From contig CAYFJE010000001.1 of NCBI GenBank assembly GCA_964343345.1, positions 1-38,513 of the forward strand: a stretch of 38,513 bases of DNA, in the 5' to 3' direction. Position 1 is the first letter of the stretch. Every line of letters begins with the position of its first letter. The position numbers and the translations under genes were made by a program. The notes beneath the pieces are model-generated. The model did not search any database. It was not told the origin of the DNA and was given only the letters and a program-made list of their open reading frames with translations. The DNA is from an uncultured bacterium (GTDB lineage Bacteria > UBP7 > UBA6624). Below are positions 1 through 9,385 of this stretch, piece by piece.

Positions 1-7
1 AGTATTT

Positions 8-373
8 ATGGCAAGAATAGCAGGTTTTGAAATTCCGGACAACAAAGTTGCTTGGATAGGTTTGACTTCGATTTATGGAATAGGGCCAACTACAGCAAAA
101 AATATTTTAGAAAAAGCAAAAATTTCTATCGAAACAAGGATTAAAGATTTAGATGATTCTGCTTTAACTCGAATTAGAGGCATCATTGATGAAGATTGTT
201 TGATAGGTGCAGAGTTGAGAGAAAAGTTGCAAAAAGATGTTCAAAGGCTTATTGATATCAAGTGTTACAGGGGAAATAGAAGGATAAAAGGTTTGCCTTG
301 TCGAGGTCAAAAGACTCAAAAAAATGCTAGATCTCATAAAGGGTCTAGAAGAAGTGCTATAAGGAGAAAATAA
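8..373 (+). CDS. rpsM: 30S ribosomal protein S13
   Basis: MARIAG N-terminus, IYGIGPTTAKNIL helix and a basic C-terminal tail (GLPCRGQKTQKNARSHKG) are the canonical S13 pattern. It lies directly upstream of S11 and rpoA. Confidence 0.97.
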   Translation: MARIAGFEIPDNKVAWIGLTSIYGIGPTTAKNILEKAKISIETRIKDLDDSALTRIRGIIDEDCLIGAELREKLQKDVQRLIDIKCYRGNRRIKGLPCRGQKTQKNARSHKGSRRSAIRRK

Positions 374-774
374 TGGCTAAAGGAAAAAACATTAAGTCAA
401 AAGCAAAAAAGAAAAAGAAATTACATGTTCCTGTAGGTAGGCTTTTTGTCACTTCAACTTACAACAATACAGTGATTACTCTTTCTGACGAGAATGGCAA
501 TGTTCTTTCTTGGTCTTCTGGCGGACATATTGGATATAAGGGAGCAAGGAAGGCTACTGCTTTCTCTGCACAGCAAGCTGCAGAGAAACTGATTGAGTTA
601 GCTCTGAACCAATTTCAAATGAAAAAACTATCAATAATGAGTAAAGGTCCTGGATTGGGACGAGAGCCAGTGATAAGGTCATTTCAAGGTTCTCCTATTG
701 AGGTGACTTCAATAAAAGATGTAACTCCTAGGCCGCATAATGGCACTAGAGACCGTAGTATAAAGAGGAAATAA
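373..774 (+). CDS. rpsK: 30S ribosomal protein S11
   Basis: The core TSTYNNTVITLSDENGNVLSWSSGGHIGYKGARKATAFSAQQAAEK is typical S11. The start overlaps the rpsM stop (TAATG), and AAGGAG lies upstream. Confidence 0.97.
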   Translation: MAKGKNIKSKAKKKKKLHVPVGRLFVTSTYNNTVITLSDENGNVLSWSSGGHIGYKGARKATAFSAQQAAEKLIELALNQFQMKKLSIMSKGPGLGREPVIRSFQGSPIEVTSIKDVTPRPHNGTRDRSIKRK

Positions 775-778
775 TAAA

Positions 779-1771
779 ATGATTGAATTTGAACAGATAA
801 AAATTAATTTAGTTGAAGAAAGCGAGGACGCTTCTTCTGCCGTAGTTGAATTATGGCCATTGGTTAGAGGTTGGGGAGAAACTATTGGAACTGCATATCG
901 AAGAGTCTTGATGTCTAGTGTTTCTGGAACTTCTGCAACTTTTGTTTATTTTAAGGATTGTCAGCATGGCAAGAAGCCTTTTCATGTGTATCATGAATAT
1001 CAAAACCTTCCGGGGGTTAGAGAGGCAGTTATTGAAATAACACAAAACATAAGGGCTGCAAGTTTTGTTCTTGATGATGAAACTGAAATGGCTACTGTTG
1101 AGTTGAAAGCAAGTAAAGCTGGGCCTGTTACTACAGGAATGATTGGTGCTCATCCTGGTTTCACCATCGTTAACCCCGATGAAGTTTTGTTCCATTTGGA
1201 AGAAGATACGGAGATAACTTTGAAAATCGGAATGAAAAAAAATCGTGGATTTATTCCAGCTACACAATTAAGGCCTTCTGACATTAATAAAGAGTGGAAG
1301 TCAAGGTCAAGCTTTCCAGCTGGAGTTATTAGGATTGATTGTTCTCACAGCCCTGTCATCAATGTATTCCCAGAAACTGTCCAAGAGAGAGTCGGTGAAG
1401 ACGGGTCTTATCAGCGTTTAAGACTTTCTATCTCTGTAAAAGATGGATACAAATCAGAGGATGTTTTCAAAGAGGCAACATCAATGCTAAAAGCACATTT
1501 TGAAAGAATATCTTTTGATGATTGGCATGTTGATTTCGATTTGTTTTCAAAGAAAGATGAAGATGAGGTTAAAACATTTAGGCCTTTATCTGAACTTGGT
1601 TTACGACCAAGGACAGAAAATGCTCTTAGAAACAATGGGATAAACACAATCGAGGAATTGTGTGCATTAAGAAGGAAAGAATTAAAGTCTTTGAGCAGAG
1701 TCGGTGAAGTTGCACAGATTGAAGTTCAGGATAAAATGGCTAGAGCCGGTTTGAGTTTGAGAGAAGATTAA
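779..1771 (+). CDS. rpoA: DNA-directed RNA polymerase subunit alpha
   Basis: 330 aa. It has an N-terminal assembly domain and a C-terminal helix-hairpin-helix alpha-CTD (LSELGLRPRTENALRNNGINTIEEL). It sits in the conserved position between S11 and L17. Confidence 0.97.
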   Translation: MIEFEQIKINLVEESEDASSAVVELWPLVRGWGETIGTAYRRVLMSSVSGTSATFVYFKDCQHGKKPFHVYHEYQNLPGVREAVIEITQNIRAASFVLDDETEMATVELKASKAGPVTTGMIGAHPGFTIVNPDEVLFHLEEDTEITLKIGMKKNRGFIPATQLRPSDINKEWKSRSSFPAGVIRIDCSHSPVINVFPETVQERVGEDGSYQRLRLSISVKDGYKSEDVFKEATSMLKAHFERISFDDWHVDFDLFSKKDEDEVKTFRPLSELGLRPRTENALRNNGINTIEELCALRRKELKSLSRVGEVAQIEVQDKMARAGLSLRED

Positions 1772-1773
1772 AG

Positions 1774-2211
1774 ATGAGACATTTATTACATAAAAGAAAA
1801 TTAGGATCTGGAAAACACAGGTCAAAAGGTGCGAGAAATTTATTTTTAAAAAACCTTGCTGCCTCTTTGATTATTGAAGAGAAGATCGAAACGACTCTTG
1901 CTAAGGCGAAAGTAATTAACTCTTATGTTGATTCGATTGCTTCAAAAGCAAAAAAATCAAATGATAAAAATAATATAAGGTACATAATGAAAAAACTGCC
2001 TGCTGGAAAGGTTGGGGAACAGGCTTCAAGGAAATTGTTTTCAATTGTTTCTAACTCAAATAGGTCTACAGGTTTTTTAAGAATTGTTAAGACTAAGAAA
2101 AGACTTGGTGACTCTTCTCAGATGGCTTCTGTTTTTTGGATTGATCCTATAGAGAATGAGACAAGTATTCCTAAAGAAGAGGAAGAGAAAGGAGTGAAAG
2201 ATGATAAATAA
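1774..2211 (+). CDS. rplQ: 50S ribosomal protein L17 (with acidic C-terminal extension)
   Basis: MRHLLHKRKLG...FLKNLAASLIIEEKIETTLAKAKV matches the L17 N-terminal signature. It lies immediately after rpoA. Confidence 0.93.
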   Translation: MRHLLHKRKLGSGKHRSKGARNLFLKNLAASLIIEEKIETTLAKAKVINSYVDSIASKAKKSNDKNNIRYIMKKLPAGKVGEQASRKLFSIVSNSNRSTGFLRIVKTKKRLGDSSQMASVFWIDPIENETSIPKEEEEKGVKDDK

Positions 2212-2638
2212 GGGCACAAAGACATCACATATGAAAACTCCAGAAGAGAGAAATTGGTTTGTTTTCAATGTGGAAAACAAGATTTTAGGCAGGGTTGCTA
2301 CAAAAATATCTTCATTATTGATTGGTTCCGAAAAAATAGATAAATCTCCACATATCGATAACGGGTCTTTTGTTGTTGTGTTAAATGCTGATAAAGTTAT
2401 TCTTTCTGGAAACAAAGAAGAAGATAAACTTTATTACAGACATTCTGGGACTCCAGGAGGCTTAAAATTTGAGACGGTTTCATCATTAAGAGCGAGAAAA
2501 CCTCAAGACTTAATAAGGAATGCTGTTAATGGAATGTTGCCTAAATCTGTAAACAGGAAAGAAAGGCTTGCAAGATTGAAAGTTTATGCTGGGGAAAAAC
2601 ATCCTCATGAAGCCCAGAATCCTCAGGAGGTGAACTAG
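2201..2638 (+). CDS. rplM: 50S ribosomal protein L13
   Basis: WFVFNVENKILGRVATKIS...VVVLNADKV.LSGNK...YYRHSGTPGGLK...NGMLPK...LKVYAGEKHPHEAQNPQE is canonical L13. ATG 2201 is preceded by AAAGGAG at good spacing. An internal ATG at 2231 (MKTPEE...) is an alternative start. Confidence 0.94.
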   Translation: MINKGTKTSHMKTPEERNWFVFNVENKILGRVATKISSLLIGSEKIDKSPHIDNGSFVVVLNADKVILSGNKEEDKLYYRHSGTPGGLKFETVSSLRARKPQDLIRNAVNGMLPKSVNRKERLARLKVYAGEKHPHEAQNPQEVN

Positions 2639-2640
2639 TT

Positions 2641-3045
2641 ATGAGTAGAGTTTATTCGGCTGTTGGTAGAAGAAAAAGCTCAATAGCTGTAGCTGTTTTA
2701 AGAGATGGTGTTGGAAGAGAGGGTTTGAGAGTTAACGGTAAACCTTTTGAAAAATATTTCACAAGAAAAGAATTACAGGAAGAAGCATTAATGCCTTTGA
2801 AGATTGCCGAGGAGAAGTATTCTGAAGGTGAATTGGCAATTTCAATTACCGTAAAAGGGGGAGGTCAAAGAGGTCAATCTGGTGCATCAAAATTAGCTAT
2901 TGCTAGGGTTTTGTGTGAGGTTGATCCAAGTTTAAGAACTTCTTTGAGAGACTCAGGGTGTTTAACAAGGGACTCTAGATCCAAAGAAAGAAAGAAATAC
3001 GGTTTAAAGAAAGCTAGAAAAGCTCCTCAATTCTCTAAACGTTAA
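2641..3045 (+). CDS. rpsI: 30S ribosomal protein S9
   Basis: GGGQRGQSGASKLAIARVL and the C-terminal TRDSRSKERKKYGLKKARKAPQFSKR are the S9 signature. GGAGG lies upstream, and rplM-rpsI is the classical pairing. Confidence 0.96.
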   Translation: MSRVYSAVGRRKSSIAVAVLRDGVGREGLRVNGKPFEKYFTRKELQEEALMPLKIAEEKYSEGELAISITVKGGGQRGQSGASKLAIARVLCEVDPSLRTSLRDSGCLTRDSRSKERKKYGLKKARKAPQFSKR

Positions 3046-3068
3046 GCATTTGATGTAAACTTTATAAC

Positions 3069-3821
3069 ATGTCTTTTAAAACTGTTATTGAGACATTGTT
3101 TGTCACGGTTCTTTTTTATACCGTTTTAAGACCTTTGAGAAGCAGGAAGTTCTTAAGGATTGCTTGGTCTATTATCGCTGTTGTTCTTTTAGCTGAATTG
3201 CTAGAAGCTTTAGGCTTTTTAGCTGTTTCATGGATAATTGAAAGAGCAGGAGTTCTTTTGCCAATTCTTTTTGTCGTTCTTTTTCAAACCGAGATAAGAA
3301 GAAGTTTAGAGGGAATATCAGTGAAGGGTTGGTTTAAAGGTTCTGTCTTGAACAGCAATGAAGATGCTGGAATTCTGGTTTCCACAGTGATGGGTTCATT
3401 AAGAGAGTTCAAAAGAAGTAGACTCGGTGCTTTATTGATTTTTGAAGGTAGTGATAGGCTTGAGAATATTTTGGGAGAGTTAGGTGGAGTTGAACTTGAC
3501 TCAAAAGTAACTATAGGTCTTCTTAAATCAATTTTTCAAACTCAAAGCCCTTTACATGATGGAGCAGTCATTATTAGGTCAGGAAGGGTTAGAAGGGCTC
3601 AGGTTATTATTCCTTTACCTCCTGGAGGAGAAGAGTATAAAGGCTATGGAACACGACATAGGGCAGCACAGAGTTCAACTGGAGGAACTGGAGCTTTAGC
3701 AATTGTCGTTTCTGAAGAAAATCAATCGGTTTCAATTTCGGAGGGGGGACAATTAAAACAGAATCTCAGTTTTGAAAGGGTTGAAGAAGAGTTGATCAGG
3801 TTTATAAAAAACACAATATGA
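3069..3821 (+). CDS. cdaA: Diadenylate cyclase CdaA (membrane-anchored DAC domain)
   Basis: Three hydrophobic N-terminal helices are followed by a DAC domain with LHDGAVII (DGA motif) and GTRHRAA (RHR motif). Confidence 0.9.
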   Translation: MSFKTVIETLFVTVLFYTVLRPLRSRKFLRIAWSIIAVVLLAELLEALGFLAVSWIIERAGVLLPILFVVLFQTEIRRSLEGISVKGWFKGSVLNSNEDAGILVSTVMGSLREFKRSRLGALLIFEGSDRLENILGELGGVELDSKVTIGLLKSIFQTQSPLHDGAVIIRSGRVRRAQVIIPLPPGGEEYKGYGTRHRAAQSSTGGTGALAIVVSEENQSVSISEGGQLKQNLSFERVEEELIRFIKNTI

Positions 3822-5035
3822 AAATAAATAAACCTAAATGGCTTCCAAAAGACTCGAACGAATGGTCTCTTTTTATACTTTGTTTCATTTTGGCAATACT
3901 TCTTGAGGTTCAGGTTGTTGCAGGAAATCCAAATGCAAGAGAGGTTTTTGTACTTGAAGCTGTTCCTGTAAACCTTCCTTCCGAGTATAAAGTTGACTCA
4001 AATGATTTGTTTTTTGATATTGAACTTTCTGGAGGTAGAACAAGATTGAATAACTTGCTTCTTGATACTGTTGATGTAGAAGCTAGATTTGATACTTATC
4101 CCGAAGGGAGTGGCTTAGCTCAAGCTACACTTTTGGTGAGACCTCCGAAAGGGCAGGGCATTAAACATGTTGGAGGAGCTAAAAAAGTAAGTATTTATGT
4201 TCAAAAATGGCTTGAACAAGATATTCCTGTAGAGGTTTATAAAAGAGGGGAAGCCCCAAATGGTGTTCAGATAGTTGATTGGCAGCTTGAGCCAAAAAGT
4301 GTGAAAGTCAGTGGTTCGGTTGACTTGATGAATACTCTAAATATGGTTGAAGTTGAGTTAAACCTAGGAACAATTGTTGAGTCTGAAAATAAAAATTTGA
4401 AACCTCTTGCGAGAGATGAAAATGGAAGGCTCATAAGAGGCTTGACGTTTTATCCAGATGAAATCAGAGTTGAGGTTGTTGCTCAAACAGTTAGAGACAA
4501 GAGAGTTGTCTCCATAAGTCCAGATTTGATAGGAGAACTTGAAAGCGGGTTCTTCATCAGTTCTATAGCTATAGATCCAGCGACCATAATAATTGAAGGT
4601 CCTGTAAAAATTATTAGAAATTTGACTTCAGTAAAAACAAACCCAATTTCACTTGAAGGAAAAAATGAAACATTTGAATTGATGATAGATGTTTTTCCTC
4701 CTTCTGAAACAACCTCGAATCCAAAAAAAGTAAATGTTGCAGTCGAGGTTTCTCAGATAATTAGTGATTTAGAGATTTCATCATTGATACCAATTAAGGT
4801 GATAGGTGGTGGATATACCGCAAACCCATCAAGTATAAACCTTGTTATTAGGGGTCCAGTTAATCAGATTGCAAAATGGATAGGTAAAGAGTCCGATTTG
4901 CTTGATTTAATACATGTAGAGGTCAGTGCTTGTAATAATGTTGATTCTTGCGAAAGAGAAGTTATTGTGGCATTGCCTTCTGGTCTTGCAACAAAAACAA
5001 TAAGCCCTAATTACATAACTTTGAATAAAAATTAA
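3818..5035 (+). CDS. cdaR: YbbR-domain protein, CdaA regulator CdaR-like
   Basis: The start overlaps the cdaA stop (ATGA). It has an N-terminal membrane anchor and then repeated beta-rich modules of about 90 aa, as in YbbR/CdaR. The call rests mainly on architecture and position. Confidence 0.72.
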   Translation: MKINKPKWLPKDSNEWSLFILCFILAILLEVQVVAGNPNAREVFVLEAVPVNLPSEYKVDSNDLFFDIELSGGRTRLNNLLLDTVDVEARFDTYPEGSGLAQATLLVRPPKGQGIKHVGGAKKVSIYVQKWLEQDIPVEVYKRGEAPNGVQIVDWQLEPKSVKVSGSVDLMNTLNMVEVELNLGTIVESENKNLKPLARDENGRLIRGLTFYPDEIRVEVVAQTVRDKRVVSISPDLIGELESGFFISSIAIDPATIIIEGPVKIIRNLTSVKTNPISLEGKNETFELMIDVFPPSETTSNPKKVNVAVEVSQIISDLEISSLIPIKVIGGGYTANPSSINLVIRGPVNQIAKWIGKESDLLDLIHVEVSACNNVDSCEREVIVALPSGLATKTISPNYITLNKN

Positions 5036-5039
5036 TACC

Positions 5040-5399
5040 ATGTCGGGAATTTTTGGTATAGGTGTAGATGTAGTCTATGAAAAAGAGATCCAAAAGTGGT
5101 TTTCTTGGAATGACGAAAGGCTAAAGAAAACTCTATCTCCACGAGAATTTAAGGAAATGAAATTATCAAAATGGACTGTTGCTCAGTTTGCTGCAAGAAT
5201 TGCGGCAAAGGAAGCTTTTTATAAAGCTTCAAATATTAGTTTTAAAGCCAATGAAGTTGGGGTTTTCAATGATGAAAAAGGAAAACCTAATTTTGAATTT
5301 TCTGAAAATATAAAATCAAAGCTTGCAAACAAGAAAACCCACCTTTCCCTTTCGCATAGTTCTGGGTGTTCGATCGCCTTTGTGGTTGTTGAAGGATGA
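5040..5399 (+). CDS. acpS: Holo-[acyl-carrier-protein] synthase (4'-phosphopantetheinyl transferase)
   Basis: 119 aa. It has the GIGVDVV N-terminal motif, FAARIAAKEAFYKA, and a C-terminal LSLSHS...A.A.VV, all typical of AcpS. Confidence 0.85.
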   Translation: MSGIFGIGVDVVYEKEIQKWFSWNDERLKKTLSPREFKEMKLSKWTVAQFAARIAAKEAFYKASNISFKANEVGVFNDEKGKPNFEFSENIKSKLANKKTHLSLSHSSGCSIAFVVVEG

Positions 5400-6373
5400 T
5401 TGATGTAGTTATTCCAAGCATGCTCGGAGGGAAAAACCTTGAGACTCTAATTTCTGATCTTATTGGTCAGGGTTTTGAGAAAAAAAGAATTTTTATAATC
5501 AAGGACGGTTTAGACCCTGAATGGAAAAATGTTTCTTTTGACGTGAATGTTGTAGAGACAAAAAGAAGGCTTGGTTTTGCAGGTGCTTGTGATTTTGGAA
5601 TAAGAAATAGCAATGCAAAGCATGTTCTTTTGCTTAATGACGATTTAACCTTATCGGAAAATTTTCACTCTTCGTTATTGAAAAACATGTCTTATGAGCC
5701 TTTTTTAGGTTTTAGGGTTTTGAATAAAAGTGGTAAAAAAATTGAATTTGATGGAGGGGGCATGAATGTTTTTGGATATGGTCTTTCTTTGAATTTTGGA
5801 AAAAAAGTTTTTCATAAAGAGAATGATAAAGTTTTATTCTCTTGTGGTGCTTGTTCTCTCTTGAGCAAAAAACATTATGAAAAAATTGGAGGATTTTCAA
5901 CAGCCTTTTTTTGTTATTTCGAAGATGTTGAATTTGGTTGGAGGGGAAACAGGCTTGGATACAACACTTTATTTATAAGAGATTCTTTTGTTCGTCATGT
6001 AGGACAGCATACAAGTGGAAGGGAAACAGGCTTTAGAGAAAGAATGATGGAAAGAAATAGTTTTCTTTCAATTTTAATAAATCTTCCATCTAACTTATTG
6101 AGCAGGTACTTGAGCCTGGCTTGGGAATTTTCTAAAATCAGGGAATCAGAATCCTCTAGGATGAAAAACTTATTAATAGAAAATGGATGCCTGTATTCAA
6201 GAAAAAATTTCATTCATGCTATAAAGGACATTGAAGCCTTAAGAGTTTTTGCGAATCCAGACAGTAACTCTTTCAAGAAAACAAGGAATCTTTTAATGGA
6301 CCCTTTAAATCCAGCATTCCCAAAGATGATTTCAAAGAACTTGTTAGAAAAGGCATACGAATTATGGTTTTGA
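5396..6373 (+). CDS. Family 2 glycosyltransferase (rhamnosyltransferase-like)
   Basis: It starts with VVIPS, has LLLNDDL (DxD region), and has FFCYFEDVEFGWR, which is typical of GT2 enzymes. It overlaps the acpS stop (ATGA). Confidence 0.75.
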   Translation: MIDVVIPSMLGGKNLETLISDLIGQGFEKKRIFIIKDGLDPEWKNVSFDVNVVETKRRLGFAGACDFGIRNSNAKHVLLLNDDLTLSENFHSSLLKNMSYEPFLGFRVLNKSGKKIEFDGGGMNVFGYGLSLNFGKKVFHKENDKVLFSCGACSLLSKKHYEKIGGFSTAFFCYFEDVEFGWRGNRLGYNTLFIRDSFVRHVGQHTSGRETGFRERMMERNSFLSILINLPSNLLSRYLSLAWEFSKIRESESSRMKNLLIENGCLYSRKNFIHAIKDIEALRVFANPDSNSFKKTRNLLMDPLNPAFPKMISKNLLEKAYELWF

Positions 6374-7371
6374 TAGGCCCCAAAAGAAGGCATCTTCAAT
6401 TGTCTAAACTAAAAAAGGATAGTTCTTATATTGTTGGTCCTCCTGAAACAATTCTGTTCAATGAAGAGATATGGCATGGCAAACCTTGGATTGTCGATTT
6501 TTTAACCCCTACATATGAAGAAAATTTTTATAGATTCAACAACGATAAAAATATCAATAAAAGCAGTTTGCTTTTGGAAAAAATAGCCTTATTGATGGGT
6601 AGTTTTTTTATATTTGCACATGAGGAACAATTCAAATCAAAGAAAGATAGAAACAAGGATATATTGAAAGATTTTTTAGATAAGGATTTTGCTTTAATTC
6701 CTCCAAGTTTTCCAAGTTTTTCTTTCAAGGATGAAAGTTGGAGTTATCTAGTTTGGGGAGGTGGGGGTTGGGACTGGTTAGATCCAAGGACTTTTGTTGA
6801 AGCGATGAATCTCGCAAAGACAAATTACAAGGGTGTTATTTTTTCTGATAGGTATAGTGGCTCTTTTTTGAGAAACAAAAAAATGAAAGGTTTAAGTTCA
6901 AGCAAGGTTGAAATTAACTCTTTTACTAATGAAGAAGCTTATTTAAATTATGTTAACAATTCTTTGCTTTGGATTTGTTTACATCCTTCAGACACAATAG
7001 AGGCTAATGTAGCATATAGAACACGTTTGTTGGATGCACTACATGTAGGGAGGCCTGTTTTGGTGAATAGGGGTGAATATCTTGGAGATTTCATAGTGAA
7101 AAATGGCGGAGGTTGGTTTATCGAAAACGAAAACCCTCAAGCGTTATCTTTGTTTATAGAAAATTTAGATTTGGAAGAAGTCAAAAGAAAAGGGGAGGCT
7201 GCAAGAGCTTTGATTAAAAAAATACATTATGAAAAAATCAAAAAAAACATTTCACTAACCAAACCTTCTTTTGAAAAAGCAAAAAATTTATTTTCTGAAC
7301 TCAAGAAACATAGAATGGTCATGAGCCGTTTTCCCTGGAGAGTTAAAACAAAAATCTTAGGCCAAAGGTAG
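6364..7371 (+). CDS. Putative glycosyltransferase, GT-B (GT1/GT4-like C-terminal domain)
   Basis: IEANVAYRTRLLDALHVGRPVLVNRGEYLGDFIVKNGGGW resembles the E-x7-E and donor-binding region of GT4 enzymes. The N-terminal half is not recognisable. There is a 10-nt overlap with the preceding GT2 gene. Confidence 0.45.
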   Translation: MVLIGPKRRHLQLSKLKKDSSYIVGPPETILFNEEIWHGKPWIVDFLTPTYEENFYRFNNDKNINKSSLLLEKIALLMGSFFIFAHEEQFKSKKDRNKDILKDFLDKDFALIPPSFPSFSFKDESWSYLVWGGGGWDWLDPRTFVEAMNLAKTNYKGVIFSDRYSGSFLRNKKMKGLSSSKVEINSFTNEEAYLNYVNNSLLWICLHPSDTIEANVAYRTRLLDALHVGRPVLVNRGEYLGDFIVKNGGGWFIENENPQALSLFIENLDLEEVKRKGEAARALIKKIHYEKIKKNISLTKPSFEKAKNLFSELKKHRMVMSRFPWRVKTKILGQR

Positions 7372-7399
7372 TTTTAGAATTAGACAAGGAGTTCTATCT

Positions 7400-8194
7400 G
7401 TGAATTACAAACATTTGGCATTCGATATAAGCAAATGGATTAAGGCTTACGCAGAAAACAATCATGTCAAATGTTTGGTTGTAGGTGTTTCAGGAGGTGT
7501 GGATTCGGCAGTTGTTTCTACCTTGTCTGCCTCTACAGGGATTACGACTTATGTTTTATCCATGCCGATAAAACAGGATACTTCTCAATTGAATTTAGCA
7601 GAGATGCATATTGATTGGCTTGTTAAAAATTACAAAAATGTAAAACCTTTGACTGTTGACCTGGGTCTAGTTTTCGAAAAGTTTATTCAAGGTATAAAAA
7701 ACCAAATTGGAGAATCTTTTTCAAACAGTCATGCCGAAGCAAATGCAAGGTCGAGGTTAAGAATGATGTCTTTGTATCATATTGCTTCTGTTGAAAATGG
7801 AATTGTTATTGGTACTGGGAATAAAGTTGAGGATTATGGAATAGGTTTTTACACAAAACATGGAGATGGAGGTGTTGATATTGCACCTATTGCAGATCTT
7901 TATAAAACAGAGGTATGGGGGCTTGCAAAATCTTTAAAAATTAATAAAAAAATTATTGAAGCTTCTCCAACTGACGGACTTTGGGATGATGGTAGAACAG
8001 ACGAGGATCAGATTGGCATGAGCTACAAAGAACTTGAATGGGTAATGAAGAAAGGTTTGAACATGTATAAAGAGGATCCAGGCTCTTTAAGTCTTCAAGA
8101 GATAAAAATGGTTGAAGTTTACATTAACTTTAATTCCAAAAACAAACACAAAATGAAAAAAATTCCCACTTATAAGAAAAATCAGAATGGGTAA
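7400..8194 (+). CDS. nadE: NH3-dependent NAD+ synthetase
   Basis: PP-loop VGVSGGVDSAV and a size of 264 aa fit NadE. It has a GTG start preceded by AAGGAG (7386-7391). Confidence 0.9.
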   Translation: MNYKHLAFDISKWIKAYAENNHVKCLVVGVSGGVDSAVVSTLSASTGITTYVLSMPIKQDTSQLNLAEMHIDWLVKNYKNVKPLTVDLGLVFEKFIQGIKNQIGESFSNSHAEANARSRLRMMSLYHIASVENGIVIGTGNKVEDYGIGFYTKHGDGGVDIAPIADLYKTEVWGLAKSLKINKKIIEASPTDGLWDDGRTDEDQIGMSYKELEWVMKKGLNMYKEDPGSLSLQEIKMVEVYINFNSKNKHKMKKIPTYKKNQNG

Positions 8195-8203
8195 ATTGGA
8201 GGG

Positions 8204-9385
8204 GTGATGAACAAAGATTTTGTTTCAGAAGCTAAAAAAATAGAAAAATGGGTTATTGAAATCAGAAGAGAGATTCATAAACATCCAGAAATTATGTACG
8301 AAGAAGTCAAGACAAGTGAATTGATAAGGGAAAAACTTGATGAAATGGGTGTTGATTATGAGTATCCAATAGCTAAAACAGGTATTTTGGCTCAAGTTGG
8401 GACAGGTTCTTCCCCTTGTATTGCTCTTAGAGCAGATATGGATGCACTCCCAATACAGGAAGAAAACGATCTTGATTTTAAGAGTGTGATCGATGGAAAG
8501 ATGCATGCTTGTGGTCATGATTGTCATGTTGCAATGCTTTTAGGTGCTGTGAGGGTCTTTAAAAAACATGAAAAAGAAATAAATGGAACGATTAAATTTT
8601 TATTTCAGCCAGCAGAAGAAGGTGGGGCAGGTGGTTTAAAGATGACAGAAGAAGGCGTTTTGAAAAATCCGAATGTAAAAAGTATTTTCGGATTGCATGT
8701 TTGGCCAACTTTGCCAACAGGTTCAATAGGTGCAAGAAGTGGAACTTTTTTGGCTTCTGCAGGTTTTTTTGAAATCGTTGTAAAAGGGAGAGGGGGGCAT
8801 GCAGCAATGCCTAATCTTTCAATAGATCCAATAACTGCAACATCGCAAATAATCAGTTCTCTACAGAATGTTGTTAGTAGAGAAATAGACCCTTTGGAAC
8901 CTGCTGTTTTGAGTGTCACTTATGTGAATGGGGGGAAAGCACACAATGTCATTCCAGAATTTGTAAAAATTGGGGGGACCATCAGGTCATTAACTTTTTC
9001 AGGTCAAGAAAAGATTCAGAAAAGAGTAGAAGAGATTACAAAAAATATTTCAATTGCACATGATTGTGAGGCTGAGGTTGCCTTCCCTGGTCATGTTTAT
9101 CCACCTACAGTCAATGATTCCAAGCATTGGGAAATGATTAAGGAAAAAGGAAAAAGTATTTTTTCAGAAAATATTGTTGAACTCGATCCTGTCATGGGAG
9201 GAGAAGATTTTTCTTATTACACACAGGTTTGTCCAGGTTGTTTTGTTGCTTTGGGAATAGGTAATGAAGAAAAAGAGACAACTACAAGTGTACATAATCC
9301 AAAATTCAAAGTTGACGAAGACGCTTTACATCTCGGTGTTGCATTACATCTTCTTATGGCTACTGAGGCTTTGAATGGTTTTTGA
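8204..9385 (+). CDS. M20D-family amidohydrolase (aminoacylase / hippurate hydrolase / ILR1-like)
   Basis: IALRADMDALP, HACGHDCHVAMLLGA, FQPAEEGGAGG and GGEDFSYY are characteristic M20D metal-binding motifs. Confidence 0.88.
   Translation: MMNKDFVSEAKKIEKWVIEIRREIHKHPEIMYEEVKTSELIREKLDEMGVDYEYPIAKTGILAQVGTGSSPCIALRADMDALPIQEENDLDFKSVIDGKMHACGHDCHVAMLLGAVRVFKKHEKEINGTIKFLFQPAEEGGAGGLKMTEEGVLKNPNVKSIFGLHVWPTLPTGSIGARSGTFLASAGFFEIVVKGRGGHAAMPNLSIDPITATSQIISSLQNVVSREIDPLEPAVLSVTYVNGGKAHNVIPEFVKIGGTIRSLTFSGQEKIQKRVEEITKNISIAHDCEAEVAFPGHVYPPTVNDSKHWEMIKEKGKSIFSENIVELDPVMGGEDFSYYTQVCPGCFVALGIGNEEKETTTSVHNPKFKVDEDALHLGVALHLLMATEALNGF

Noticed and set aside
3818-5399. I considered an alternative genetic code (TGA recoding), given the low GC content and many short overlaps.
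   Set aside because: TGA clearly terminates well-conserved proteins at their expected C-termini, for example cdaA at 3819-3821, acpS at 5397-5399, sucC at 29262-29264 and tyrS at 26921-26923. No conserved gene is interrupted by in-frame TGA or TAG. Standard code 11 fits.
7373-7383. An 11-mer TTTAGAATTAG is shared between 7373-7383 (upstream of nadE) and 10291-10301 (upstream of the halogenase-like gene).
   Set aside because: An 11-mer recurrence is expected many times by chance in 38 kb of AT-rich sequence. I retain only the embedded TAGAAT hexamer and its position relative to start codons as a promoter-type signal, not a specific regulator site.
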